A DNA stretch of 63,024 nt, the filler included, from Asterionella formosa (taxonomy: Eukaryota), in NCBI GenBank assembly GCA_002256025.1. It is 13 parts of 13 records of this genome, joined end to end, with 100 filler letters (N's around TTAATTAATTAA, not from the genome) between each part and the next. Parts side by side here need not be neighbours in the genome. Positions count along the whole stretch, not along the records: positions 20,665 to 37,725 come from NKIB01004577.1; positions 37,826 to 54,879 come from NKIB01004578.1; 11 more parts are not named here. One strand, written 5' to 3'. Below the pieces are notes generated by a model. That model searched no databases, had not been told where the DNA came from, and saw only the letters and a program-made list of their open reading frames with translations. How positions within the stretch are numbered: position 1 is the first letter of the stretch; each line of letters begins with the position of its first letter. The position numbers were made by a program, and so were the translations under genes. Below are positions 37,188-49,387 of this stretch, one piece after another.

Positions 37188-37725
37188 TGTCAAGAATATA
37201 GCATCAATGGCTATAATGAGTCACAAGGACTGTGGACTCGACTATAGTCCAATGAGTCAAATGGTGCGTTCCCATGTCAAGAAGCTTGCTAACGAGATTG
37301 ATGTCTTAGATCAATCAGAAGAAGGTTTACATCAACGAAAAGGGAACACGAAGAACAGGTTCTCGAAATGTGATGAATGGGATTGAAACTTAGTTTTAGT
37401 TTAATCTTATAATTAAGAAACAGTGAGAATTGACAGAGTAAGGTCAATAGCGAAAACTAGCACGAAGGCTAGCAGCAGAAAGAAGATAACAATACTAGTG
37501 GTATAACAGGTAAGTTCTACGTAAGAGGAACCCGTCAGACGGGAAGGAGTACGAGACCTTTCAACACGCTTTAAAGCGTTCACTTTAAGGCCACAGGCTA
37601 CTCAGGAACGATGGGAAGTGACGAAGACACGTCAGTGAGGTTGCCGACATTCGATGGGCAAGATGCTAAATGGCACATGTGGAAAGCGAAGTTTCTCGCA
37701 TACGCGTGCTACAAGAACTTTCAAG
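37188..37725 (+). mobile_element. 5' end of a second Ty1/copia element: LTR 37188-37566 and gag start at 37611, cut by the contig end
   Basis: TGTCAAGA...TTTCAACA, then an ATG giving MGSDEDTSVRLPTFDGQDAKWHMWKAKFLAYA, homologous to the gag N-terminus at 23154. Confidence 0.8.
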
Positions 37726-38928
37726 NNNNNNNNNNNNNNNNNNNNNNNNNNNNNNNNNNNNNNNNNNNNTTAATTAATTAANNNNNNNNNNNNNNNNNNN
37801 NNNNNNNNNNNNNNNNNNNNNNNNNGGGGGGGGTGGAACAGCCAGAAACATGGTTATATATAGTCTATACAAGATGCAGGCCTTTATGATATTATTATAT
37901 TTTTGTTACAACTATTATACCTGGTAGAATTACATACCGGTAATATTAAGTCTACCAGTAGTTTGAAAACTTGGCATTTACCTGTATAATTCATTTTCCT
38001 GCCCCCCCCCTTAAGTTGCTGTCCCCCACCCCTCACTGTGATTTTTTTGGGGGTGGCACTAAGCACCCAATAATTTTCTAGACATAGACAAGTAACGTGC
38101 TATAATTCTGTCGGTCCTCGTAGACATTGGTATATAATTATTTAGCTATGATGTTGCGTTTTCTTTGTACATATTAAACACTGGATTAGACAGGTAGCTA
38201 GTGGTTCTAAACAGCCAAAGAATCCTGCATGATGTTGTTGCAACCTTGACCATGACAAAAATATGAATTATCTCGACGAAAATTGAGAAGCTTAGCTACT
38301 TGCTATGTATAGTAAGCACGACATAGAAAATACAATCGTAAAAGAAGTAAAGTAATAACTCTAATAGAGACAGCGAAAATTTAGATCGCCGATAGCAACA
38401 TGAAGTCGTGTTTTTCTTGCAAGCTGAAGAACTTTCTCATTTTTCACTTGATGGAGATAATGATCATATTGATCTATATTTATTGGAAAATGCATGCCAT
38501 CCTGTAGAACCGATAAAATTTTCTACGTGGCCTACTATAATTATTTTTTGATGCAATATTTTTTTAATTTTTAATTACTGGTGGTCATGATATTTTATAA
38601 GGAAATCTGTTCATTGTCCTGCCCCCCCCCCCTCATCAGTAGATTCTGTCACGGCAGTGTGTACATTTGGAGGGGGGAGGACAATGAATTATACGGTATT
38701 CACATACGGTATACTGGAAAACCGGTAACGCGATCTCATTGAAGACTTCGCTCATACGTCGACTACCGGTATTACATTCCGGACATACCGGTATTACCCG
38801 AATACTTTTCGAAAATAATTAAATTAACCGCCGGTACATAATATATAGTATACCGGTATAAGGAAAGAAATAATAAAATGTGGTACAAACAAAATATCCG
38901 GAAAAAACAACCAAGACTGAATTGTACG

Positions 38929-40756
38929 ATGGAACATCGTCACAAAACAGCCAAGGACGGAAACACAATGGCGACTCCATCGCCTCAACTATCTCCTCCT
39001 GTTTCCTTCGGGAAGATCAATGAATCAAATATGATAACCGATGGGCGGATTTTTCCAGGGCCTCCATCGCTTTCGCGAGCAACATCGGTGCGTAAAACTG
39101 GATTTGAACGGTTATGTTTGCCCTTCCATGACATGACGCCTTCCTTGTCGCTATGACAAACAGAACGTGGCTCAATCCTCTTGACAAGGGTGATGGTTAA
39201 AATGCAGATCAATCTGCATCACTAACTTTTGATTTCAATCTTTAGGCAGTCTCGTTTCTGACTCCACTTGGTTTCCGTGTTCTGGCTGATTTGAGTCCGC
39301 GTGCTGATGGAACGAATAAGTACGTGCGATCGATCAATGCAAACTGTTACGTCGTACTTTACAAATATTTAGGACTAAATGTACCTCTTGTGCTTGTCTA
39401 TTTACTACGCATCACAGATCTTCTCTTCTTGTTCTGGACGAAAATCACCAAAACTCGACGAATAACTGCCGCGCCCTGCTTCCTGCATTTTTTGGTAATT
39501 CACCTGCTCCAACTAATGTGCTAATGCGGCGAACTCCAAGTTCCGAGCTTTACAGAAGCATGATGCACCCAACACCTTCTGTAAAGCGAAGCATATTCGG
39601 TCATTCCCCATTCCCACCTGCGGCAATGCGGTCTACTCCAGTTCCGCCTCCATTGAACCGAGGCACGAGCGCTGAGCTGTGGTCTTTAGCTACACAGAAC
39701 GGATTTACTCCGTTGCCATCTCTTCTTGGGCCTTCTCCAGCGGATGAAGAAAAATTTGACTATCTGGTGTTTGCCTCCAGTGCCATTCTGAACGGCTCGG
39801 GAAAGCAAGCGTTGGTAACAACCTCAAACGAAAACACTCCAATGCATTCCTATGCCTACACATCGGACGCCATCGCAAGGATGAATCAACCACTCATCGA
39901 GACACCCATGATTCTTGGCAAAGAAAGACACAATTTTAAAAGGAAAACACAATTCAGTCAGATGTCTGCAATGGAGAAAATACCTTCAAAGAAAAATGTC
40001 GTTGCACGAACGGCGAAAAGCGTTCGGGACAACAAAGAGCTCGACTTGCACCATAATTCATTGTTCAAGGTTGCATCTGGTGGCGAAATCATTCAAGTGA
40101 CCCCAGAGGAGGGCGAGCTCTGGGCCATTGTCGGAAACGAGGAAAATATGCCCCCAAGACATCCATTTGAAGCATGGACGAGTCCAAAATCGGCTCACGC
40201 CTTTGTTCCACCAGTAAGACACCAACCTCAACCGGTTACAGTAGAACCATCCATTTACCATATAGACCGTATATTGAGAAAAAATAAGAACAAAGCATCC
40301 AGTATTGCGGATGTGCCTACTCAAACCAACGCAACAGCTGTAAATGCGGCAGAGAAGAATCGAGTTTGCAGCTGCAAAAATTCCAAATGCTTAAAGCTAT
40401 ACTGTGATTGCTTTTCGTCTTCAGAGTTCTGCAATCCAAACATTTGCAAGTGCAATAAATGTAAGAACAACAAGAAGAACATCGAAGATCGTGACCAAGC
40501 GAGAAAATTTTGCTTGTCGAAGAACAAAAGTGCATTTTCAGGAGACAAAATGACCCGCAAGGAGCAGCGGGACGCCTTGTTGCTATCACAGCCAATTGCC
40601 CCACCACAGCCATGTTCATGTGTGAAATCCAGATGTCTTCGGAAATATTGTGGTTGCTTCTTCCTCGGCTTTTTCTGCTCAGAGAAATGCGGGTGTGTGC
40701 TGTGCGCCAATATCCCCATAACAAAGAATGGAACTATGATTGAAGCGATAGTCTGA
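38929..40756 (+). CDS. Tesmin/TSO1-like CXC (CRC)-domain protein, three predicted exons (38929 or 38968-39087, 39246-39319, 39418-40756)
   Basis: Two CXC domains, CSCKNSKCLKLYCDCF and CSCVKSRCLRKYCGCF. Two GT..AG introns splice in frame to ORF 39518-40756. Confidence 0.85.
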
Positions 40757-40874
40757 GTAGTCTAAACGGCCGTATTCGTTGCGGATAAGATGTGATTCTC
40801 GCCCATGTCGTCACACCGGAAATATACATAATCAACACTACCTTTGATCATCGCCAGGGCAACTTCAGCCGTGA

Positions 40875-43127
40875 TCACGCGTTGCTCGAATTGGAAGCAC
40901 ATCCTATCCCCTTTCCTAATCTTAGTTTAACTGTTGCATTCGAACTTGTAGGCCGAAGGAATAGTCCTGGAAGCAGTTGTTTGTATCTATTACATTCCAT
41001 GCCCGACACGAAAGGGTCATCGCTTGCGTACAAATTGCTATTCCCATTTTGAACTCCACAGTTTCTTACGTCCAGCATGTTTAACGCAAGTCGCTCACCA
41101 AGGGATCGAATAATATTCAATATTGCACGACCTGTACTTCCATCCCCTGAGCTCATAGGAGATTCGTGCGACATGGCCGCCCTGATGATGTCAAGTTGAG
41201 TACAATTTTGGAGACGTAGCTCCAATAGCAACTCATGCCGTTGTTCGAGAAGATCAATGATAGAGGCAGATGTGATTCTGGTGCAAAAGCTTAGATCTAG
41301 TGAGTACAAGTTCCGCATGCTGTTCGCAACGGCATTAACACCGTCGTCAGTAATCCTCTTGCAGTAACGCAAGCATAGATGGTTCAGTGCCGGCATCTTC
41401 TCAGCAATGCCAAAAAGAAATATATCTGTCAACCGGTGACATTCACTGACTATCAAGCTCCTCAGATTATTCATGGACCCTAGAGAAACCGCAGCATCGT
41501 CGAGAAGCGAATAACAACCCCAAAGGTTCAATAGCACTAGATTCCCACAGACGACACTTCGATTTTCACCTGCAAAACTTAAGTGGCTTATTCGGTTACA
41601 GCCCCAAAGAGTCAACTCAGTGAGGTGAGTGCATTTCTCTGTAATAACATCGATACTTTTGTTGGTGAGCATATAGTTATCTCTCGCGTATAGTGCATTT
41701 AGCTGTGGCAAGGATTCACCAATACAGATCGCACCCACGTCAGTAATCGGAATATTAGAAATTTCAAGAACTTTTAAATTGCAACAAGACCGGCAAATTG
41801 AAATCAACCCGTTGTCGGTGACTTTTCGAAGACCTTTTAAGTAAAGCACTTCTAAAGTCTTCTTGAGGTAATTTGCTATCAAATGCATAGTATTATCGTC
41901 GAGTTGTGTGCATCGACTAATGTCAAGAGATCGAAGCTTTCGAAGATGCGGTAAAGCAGGGTGAAGATCTTCCTGGCGTAGATCTTGGAATTGGTTCAAT
42001 AAAAGACTTTGCAAACTGTGATGGGAATGAGCCAAGATACCACGCAGAAATTCCCTGGTAAAGTTAGGAAAGGCCTCATCATTTACGTCAATGGCTTGAG
42101 CTACTCCCCAATTCTTGACCACTAATCGCCAGACCTTGCAGAGCAACTGACACAGCACACGTTCCCTGACTTCAAGGAAGGGCAAAATTATTGGCAGGAC
42201 TATTTCGGATGTCGCCGATCGCAAACGCCACTTCTTCTGCCCTACCGAAATAATACCATTGCTTGAAGCTAAAGGTAATCCATTGGAGATGGCCTGCATT
42301 TGATTGGAGCTCTCAGCTCCTGGGTTCAATTTTGGTGCAACGGGCAAATTGCCAAAATCAAATGTTTCGGTAATATCAGCGATCAACTGGGATCTACCTA
42401 TTTGTCTGGCTTGATTCAGAGTCGACTTGTCTTCTTCTTCATTGTTGCCAAATGCTAAAAAAAATTCACCTTCGTTTTGTTTCCTTGCAATCGCTACTAT
42501 GGCATTCCTGAGCTTCGCCTCGTCCTGATGAAGAGTCGTTCGTCGTCGTAATACTACTCGCTCATGTTCTGCAAACTCAACTGTATGAACCTCTGACTCT
42601 GCAGCTCTTGATTTAAAATCTTCCATAGATTCGAATATAACGTAGCGCACTCTCAGTCGTTTTGAAGTTCCAGGACAAGGATCTCCAAAAACGGCGTTCA
42701 TACTTTGACCATCCATAATAGGAATGAAGTTGCGCTGCTGTCTGCCAGTTAGTCTCACCAGGTCCATTCCCGGAATTCCGTCTATGGTATCAGCTAATCC
42801 AGTATCTGCTAGATTGCTCGTACAATCATTGTCGCTCTCGTCGCCTTCCCGGAGTTTCCGGGCCACAAGCAAGGCACGAAGGAAATGCGTTACATCTCTC
42901 GTGAACGGGATGCGGGCAGTGTCGTCGTTGCTGATCTCTCCAGTGACTAATCTTCGCCCCTCAGAAGGACCATAGGAAGCAGACACTATCTTGATGACAG
43001 TTTCTGGCCGAGACAAGGCTCGTTTCTTAGCCAAACCGGCGCTGTCAATAGTGTTTGCGACAGGGATTCTCAGGCGCTTACTCTGAGTCTGCATTTCTCG
43101 TTCGTTTATCGTCGCCGACGAATCCAT
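40875..43127 (-). CDS. F-box/leucine-rich-repeat protein with an N-terminal SUEL-lectin/DUF3395-like domain
   Basis: IVSASYG..DVT..FGDPCPGTSKRLRVRY, an F-box-like EIVLPIILPFL..CQLLCKVWR, and a run of cysteine-containing LRRs (LxxLDISxCxxL/ITD). Confidence 0.85.
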   Translation of the reverse strand: MDSSATINEREMQTQSKRLRIPVANTIDSAGLAKKRALSRPETVIKIVSASYGPSEGRRLVTGEISNDDTARIPFTRDVTHFLRALLVARKLREGDESDNDCTSNLADTGLADTIDGIPGMDLVRLTGRQQRNFIPIMDGQSMNAVFGDPCPGTSKRLRVRYVIFESMEDFKSRAAESEVHTVEFAEHERVVLRRRTTLHQDEAKLRNAIVAIARKQNEGEFFLAFGNNEEEDKSTLNQARQIGRSQLIADITETFDFGNLPVAPKLNPGAESSNQMQAISNGLPLASSNGIISVGQKKWRLRSATSEIVLPIILPFLEVRERVLCQLLCKVWRLVVKNWGVAQAIDVNDEAFPNFTREFLRGILAHSHHSLQSLLLNQFQDLRQEDLHPALPHLRKLRSLDISRCTQLDDNTMHLIANYLKKTLEVLYLKGLRKVTDNGLISICRSCCNLKVLEISNIPITDVGAICIGESLPQLNALYARDNYMLTNKSIDVITEKCTHLTELTLWGCNRISHLSFAGENRSVVCGNLVLLNLWGCYSLLDDAAVSLGSMNNLRSLIVSECHRLTDIFLFGIAEKMPALNHLCLRYCKRITDDGVNAVANSMRNLYSLDLSFCTRITSASIIDLLEQRHELLLELRLQNCTQLDIIRAAMSHESPMSSGDGSTGRAILNIIRSLGERLALNMLDVRNCGVQNGNSNLYASDDPFVSGMECNRYKQLLPGLFLRPTSSNATVKLRLGKGIGCASNSSNA

Positions 43128-45714
43128 TATTTTTCGTCCTTCTCCTGAATGCCCATCGCACCCGCATTGAAGGAGCTACTGATTGTAGTGGATGCTGAAT
43201 TTAATCATCGGAACGTCATGCAATTTATGTATACATTAAGAAATGTGACAACAAAATCTGTCGAAGTGTGCGTGATGAGCTCATCCCTTTTACGTTTACC
43301 AGTGTACCGGTAGTTAGGACTCACAGTCGAATGAGTCGACTTTGGCTGTACCACCCTCCCACCAACCACATGATGATGTTCTTCTAATACCGGTAAGTGA
43401 ATGAAATTGTATCATGATGAAGTGCAAGTTTCGGTAAATTCGCCGACAAGACCATAAATATGGAAATCGCGGTCGCGGACATTCAAATACCGGTATACTG
43501 ACCAGCTTGACTGATGTACATTGGTCAAATCTGGAGTGACTAGAATACCGGTATTATGTTAGTATACTGTATACGTCAGTGTCCTGGCCTCGTGGCAAGT
43601 TGCTAGACGACCCCCTATACATTTTTCTCGAGGTGGAAACAAACACCCAGTAATTTGCTTTGCATAATTCTGATTGTCCTCCTCGGCACTGATATACCTG
43701 TTAAATAATTTAGTTGAGAAAAACTGATCCTTTTTTGAATTCTGTAAGAAAACACTCAATTGTAATGACATTAGTAGTGGTTGTGAGGAGCTGCAGAATT
43801 CTGCATCATGTCATTGAAAAATAAGAACAACCCTTTGCTATTTAGTACATCTATCAAGAAAAACAGTGAAAAAATAATTGTAAAAGAACTATTGTGATAA
43901 CACTAATCATAGATCTATACAAAAGGTGATATTTTAACAAGTTCATAAACAAATTTTTAGTTTTAAACAACAGAACCATATGTACAGAGCTAACTGAAGG
44001 GAGCTTGATACAGATGTACCAGTGGAGTGAGAATTCACTTGCGCTTGCTAAGGCCAAATGAATTTCAATTTTACTGAAGCAACTCAATTAATCACTGAAA
44101 ATAAAGTGTCTCCCAAGACTTGCTATGATAGGGGGAGTTAACAAGTATTGCACAAGAAATGTTCAATATTATGATATCTATTCTTGAATTTGATACAAGA
44201 TGAATACACATAATCATGCTGGCTGGAATTATATGTAATTGTGTAGCTAAAGATGACAATCAAAAATATGATTGTCTTACTAGATGCTAGAAAATCAGAA
44301 AGGAGGCCACGACAGACAGCAGAACCCTTTTATGGTATAGGTAGACAATGTGATTTTTCAAATTCTTGTTAGGAGTGATCTGAAAACGCAGACACCAAAA
44401 AATATATCATAATTATTTTGTTGTGATTTGATGTATAGTAATCATTATTACAAAGTGAATACCAAATATTTTGTTTGACAATAAATATATTTATCAATAA
44501 TTGAGGACAGTTAAATTGCTTGCTTGTTTAGCAAGAATGTTTTATTTTTCTGTGCCCATATCGTACTTTCATCACTGCACTGATATGCATATCATTTCAT
44601 GGGAGAAATTCTGGAAATTTTGATCTCATTAGACACCTTCATTCTGGATGTGCAGCTGAGCTGGGAACCTTGATAGTTACACAAATGCAATTCAAGATAA
44701 GCAAATCAGGTCCCATTGTTTGTACTATTTTCGTCAAACCCTTTGGTTTTAACAAGAACTAGAATCAAATCTCATTCTTAGTCTATTAGTGCAGGTATTG
44801 ACATGGTGTCCTGCAGTTCTAAAGTTCCTCGCATGGGTGTGGTTATGCAGGAGATGATGCATATATTCAAAACTCCTGACTGATATGGCTATGTTGGGGG
44901 TGTGGTTTGGGACTCTTTGATGCCATTATGATTGACCCCTTTGGTCGAACAGGATCAATCTTATCCAGGATTTCTCTCCCCTTGGTTCAAAATGAAACTC
45001 AAATACTCAATCCCATTCCAATACTGTATGATACACTATTGAAGCTTCGCAATTGAAGAATCAAACCTATATAATATAAAGGGGTACTCGGAGAGCGAGT
45101 ATCTTGTTCTTATTGAATATCAATATCCTTTACTATTGGATAACTGCTGAATGCAAGTGGTGGAGGTCTGCTGATATGGCATATTGATGATATTGACGAT
45201 CATGCATGGTCAAGCATTCTTACAAGGATCCAGCGGTACTTAAAACTTGGTTGCTGACTGCATCAGTTCCAGCCACTGAATTCCCCGTCACCGATGCACC
45301 TACAATGACAGCCCCAGCAACACTGCTAGTGTCTATGTCTGTCACAAAATTACTAAGATATCAAGCCTAATTCTAAGCCTAGCTACCCCCAAGCGTACAA
45401 TCGTACCTACATCAACAAACACCTCCTTCCCAACCTACAGCTGTGTCTGCTGCTCAACCTGCCATCAAGCTTGATCACAGTCTATTATTCCGTTGCACAA
45501 ATTTCTAAGAAATGATCGTCAGCACACTTGAACTACTAGCAACCAGCCATGCAGCAAAATCACCTACATTACTGCAATATGGCTACGTCACTGGTTCCTT
45601 ATTGTTCCTTTATGATCGAACATACGAGCCTCTAATCCAAAATTATTTTAAAATAGCAAGAGCAAAATTCAATCGACATTGCCAATGAGTGATGGGATTA
45701 TTTGTCTGTTCGAG

Positions 45715-47079
45715 CTATATTTCAATTTGTAAGAATGCTTTGATTCCCTTTTCTACCGAGGTGATGATTTTGTCAAGCTTGGTCTGATCCTTAGGCGCTT
45801 TGGGGTTCTCTCCAGGTTTGAGACTCTCAGGGATGACTTCATTGAGGTGCTCGCCGTCTGGAACCAATTCTTCCTCTACCTCCTCGTCAAGTGGTGCGTC
45901 TGGCCCCGAAGGTGGTTTGACTTTCATTTTGACTGATCTTAGTATACCAGCAATGTTTCCAACATCAATACTGCCATAGATGGCTAATGCCCCAATTGAA
46001 ATAGGAATTATAGCCTTGGGGATATGTTTGATAATTCGAATCAAACTTCTACTTTGATGGAGGGGGGCTGTGTCTTCTTTGATCCAATTTGGTGGCATTC
46101 CTTCCAAGGGTCGCCGCAGGCGTTTATGGGCAACAAAAGCAGCAATTTCGGGTTTCATAGCTTTTACTTCGGCTCTTTTATACTTACACTGTCGCACCAA
46201 GATCTGTTCAGTATCCTTATCGACAAACTTCGGGATTGTTCGAATGGGCTCTCCTTCAAGTTCCGAAGACTCTAGTAGTTGTTGGGTCGCCCCTTCCTGT
46301 GGTTGCTCAACAACGTCTTTGTTCCCTTTAAGAAGCTCGTCATTGATGGGAGGAGGTACATCGTCGATTGAGACTCTGTCATCATCATCAGAATCTTCCG
46401 CTCGAACAGTCCCCAGAACAGATTCGCCTTCGTCATAAGCATCGGCAAGTTCTTCCCTGTCGACAAAAGCACTGCTGTCGTCATCAGTGCTAAAAAAATG
46501 ATCACCTGCAGTGTTAGCTGCAACAAATTGTGGCTCCTCCTCTCCTTCGTCAACCGGCCCGTTCAATGCTTCCCACGATTCCACATCTTCCACTTTGACT
46601 ACACGATCCTTCTCCATTGAAAAGACTTCATCGTTAGTTTCTTCAATGTCCTCCATATCCTCACCTTCATCAACGAAATCTGTGTGATCAATGTCGTCTC
46701 GAGATTCTACCTCGTCCGAGGCTTCGAGAGCAGTATCATCCTCCCCTTCAGGCTCATCACCACTCTCGTCCACCTGCTCCTCGTCGTCTGGTTCCTCGTC
46801 GTCGCCTTCATTTGGGGGTTTCTCATTTTCCTCCTCAATTGGAATTGCTTCTTCTGGTACTACCTCCTCAGATTCGTCCTCTTCCTGTTGGATTCCCTCT
46901 AATTCTAAATCGTACTCTTCCCAGTCTTCATCGCCACCGCCTCGCAGGAAAAAGGTAGGAGACCTTCGGCATATGTTCTGACTGCACAATGAGGCACCAT
47001 TCGTCGGAGGGCTCGTAGCGAATGACACCTCCAAGTTTAAAAGGATTGCAAGCACTGCAGACACAACTGCCAGTTTCAT
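45715..47079 (-). CDS. Hypothetical acidic secretory-pathway protein with an LRGG motif and one probable TM segment
   Basis: 454-aa ORF with a signal peptide, FFLRGG, a long Glu/Asp-rich region and hydrophobic AIIPISIGALAIYG. Confidence 0.75.
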   Translation of the reverse strand: MKLAVVSAVLAILLNLEVSFATSPPTNGASLCSQNICRRSPTFFLRGGGDEDWEEYDLELEGIQQEEDESEEVVPEEAIPIEEENEKPPNEGDDEEPDDEEQVDESGDEPEGEDDTALEASDEVESRDDIDHTDFVDEGEDMEDIEETNDEVFSMEKDRVVKVEDVESWEALNGPVDEGEEEPQFVAANTAGDHFFSTDDDSSAFVDREELADAYDEGESVLGTVRAEDSDDDDRVSIDDVPPPINDELLKGNKDVVEQPQEGATQQLLESSELEGEPIRTIPKFVDKDTEQILVRQCKYKRAEVKAMKPEIAAFVAHKRLRRPLEGMPPNWIKEDTAPLHQSRSLIRIIKHIPKAIIPISIGALAIYGSIDVGNIAGILRSVKMKVKPPSGPDAPLDEEVEEELVPDGEHLNEVIPESLKPGENPKAPKDQTKLDKIITSVEKGIKAFLQIEI

Positions 47080-47986
47080 GGTGGTTCTTAAAGGATATGA
47101 CGTATATACCGGTGGGCTGCCAAATCTGTCAAGGCGTCAGTCAACCAATGGTACGACGAGAACTCGACTACTTTTCTACTCAAGCGACCGATGGGACTTG
47201 TTATTTTAGTTTCGGTACGTCAGATTACTGGTATGGTACCTGGTAACCATCAGGTATATAGTATTCAATCTAGTCGTCCGTTGTTTTTTATACAGCTTAT
47301 TATTTATTCATTTAGTTAATAAATGTACGGAGTATTATTATGTATGCTGATGGCTGATGATGGTGATGCAAGAATGTAAAACACGGATGTACGCAGTGGG
47401 GTGTACTGGGTGATGGTACCTGGTACCCGCCATCCATTGGTAACAGTAAAAGCAGATCACAACAAGGTACCGGTACATAAGGAGATGATGATATCTTTAC
47501 ACTTGGCACTCAGCATGGTGCTATCTCCCCATGTTGGGTTCACTGACGTTGGTAATCATGGTGCGTACATATACTGGTATGGATGAACCGGCGGTTTCTT
47601 AACGTCAATATGTAAATAAGTATACTCAATCATGAATATAGGTATATATTTCATACTAATACATGAAGTGGTGATATTACATCCACAACTGGTAACCACT
47701 GGGAGTCTACCGGTACATTAATTGATATTTCTCTCGCCGCCAGAGGCATATTTTATCGATATGATGTGCATATCAATGTGAGGCAGAGGTAGTAGCCATA
47801 TAGAAATAAAAATGCAGCAGTCCTGAAAATGATTCATTGTCATCATCCAAGCAAGAATGGCACCCTTGCTTTGTATTGAAGGAATATAACAATAAATGTG
47901 TAGAACTTGAAGTGATCCTATAATCTATGGGTAATATGAATACATGTATTGATGAGCCACATCAATCCAGAGCCTATGTATGTTAT

Positions 47987-48190
47987 ATCTATGTGTGGAA
48001 TCAGTTTCATCCTATGTGAGAAGGGAAATGGCTTTTGACCATCATTGGAGATCATTTTAATTTCCTTCAGGTTTTATATTATTATTACAGTTTACACTTT
48101 AGATCTATGTGTGGAATAACTAACATCCTACGTGAGAAGTGAAATGGATTGACAATTATTGGAGATCATATCAATTTCCTTCAGTTTTAT
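47987..48190 (+). repeat. Imperfect tandem duplication (about 116-bp period) upstream of queH
   Basis: atctatgtgtggaat...catccta(t/c)gtgagaag...ttggagatcat...aatttccttcag at 47987 and 48103. Confidence 0.85.
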
Positions 48191-48424
48191 TTCATAATTT
48201 TAGTTAACGCTCTACCAGTCTACATGTATTCGCTACGTATTATCAAGTATTCCCAAAGAGGGTACATATCGTTTTCTGGTTAACGTGATTATCCACCTCA
48301 TTTTCACGGTACCAAGCAATTATTAATGATTTACATACTCATATATTCATACATTATATATTATTTGTGCAGATGATTTCATCGATCAGAGCCAGGTCAA
48401 ATAATCCAACAAGCTCCTCCCAAC

Positions 48425-49387
48425 ATGCCTGCAGCCGATTGCGATCAAGGGTTAAAGTATCATGAAGGTGGTGCATTGCCCGACAACGCTCCAATATGGG
48501 CAGTTGCTGCGAGCGAACGAATCAAAACGAAACGAACCATGGGAATTCTGGGTAGTTGTGCCATTCCTCCAAATGGTGTGACTCGGGTTCTACTTCATAG
48601 CTGCTGTGCACCTTGTTCTGGTGCCATGGTGGAGGAAATGTGTGCTTCGAAGCAGTTGGAGGCAGTGGTTGTATTTTTCTACAATCCAAACATCCATCCC
48701 AGAACCGAATACATCATCCGAAAGGAGGAAAACAAGCGCTTTTGTGAAAAACTAGGCGTTGCATTCGTTGATTGTGACTACGATGTTCAGAACTGGTACA
48801 GCCGTGTGAAAGGAATGGAGTACGACCCAGAGAGAGGACGTAGATGCACAGAATGCTTTGACATGAGAATGGAGCGAGCTGCCTTGTATGCCCACGAGCA
48901 TGGATTCCATGCCATCGCCACCACAAACGCTACATCCAGGTGGAAGGATGAAACGCAAGTGGACGAATCGGGATATAGGGCTGCAGATCGGTACGACGGC
49001 CTTCAATATTGGTCATTCAATTGGCAATCGGATGAAATGACGATGCGAAAGTACGAGATTTCGGCTCTCGAACGATTCTACAAGCAGGAATATTGCGGCT
49101 GCTCCTACTCCCTACGGGACTCCAACGAATGGAGGAAAGCAAATGGTATACCAAAAATTCAAATCGGCGGAGAGACCGCAGGTATGGGTGAGCGCTATTT
49201 TTCGGATCCCCTCATTGATGCTGAAGAGGAGTCTCAAGCTGTTGTTGACGAGTTCTTTTCTCAGGCAAACGAGATAGCCAAGGCTGGCAATGATGTTCTC
49301 GATAGGAAAAAAAGGATTGCGGTATACAAAGACCGAAGGAAGATCGAAGCTATTGATGGGGTGTCAAATGGTATTAACAATTGGTAG
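48425..49387 (+). CDS. queH: Epoxyqueuosine reductase QueH (DUF208 family), intronless, 320 aa
   Basis: Signature motifs LLHSCCAPCS, FFYNPNIHP..EY..RKEE, GMEYDPERGRRCTECFDMRME, SRWK and FYKQEYCGCSYS. Confidence 0.93.
   Translation: MPAADCDQGLKYHEGGALPDNAPIWAVAASERIKTKRTMGILGSCAIPPNGVTRVLLHSCCAPCSGAMVEEMCASKQLEAVVVFFYNPNIHPRTEYIIRKEENKRFCEKLGVAFVDCDYDVQNWYSRVKGMEYDPERGRRCTECFDMRMERAALYAHEHGFHAIATTNATSRWKDETQVDESGYRAADRYDGLQYWSFNWQSDEMTMRKYEISALERFYKQEYCGCSYSLRDSNEWRKANGIPKIQIGGETAGMGERYFSDPLIDAEEESQAVVDEFFSQANEIAKAGNDVLDRKKRIAVYKDRRKIEAIDGVSNGINNW

Noticed and set aside
43560..45600. Possible decayed element in a 2-kb gene-free stretch (also 25560-26760 and 60927-61507)
   Set aside because: I could not recognise any motif, so no call is supportable.
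17713..49387. DusA plus QueH as a tRNA-modification cluster
   Set aside because: They are on different contigs, so co-occurrence is an artefact of concatenation.
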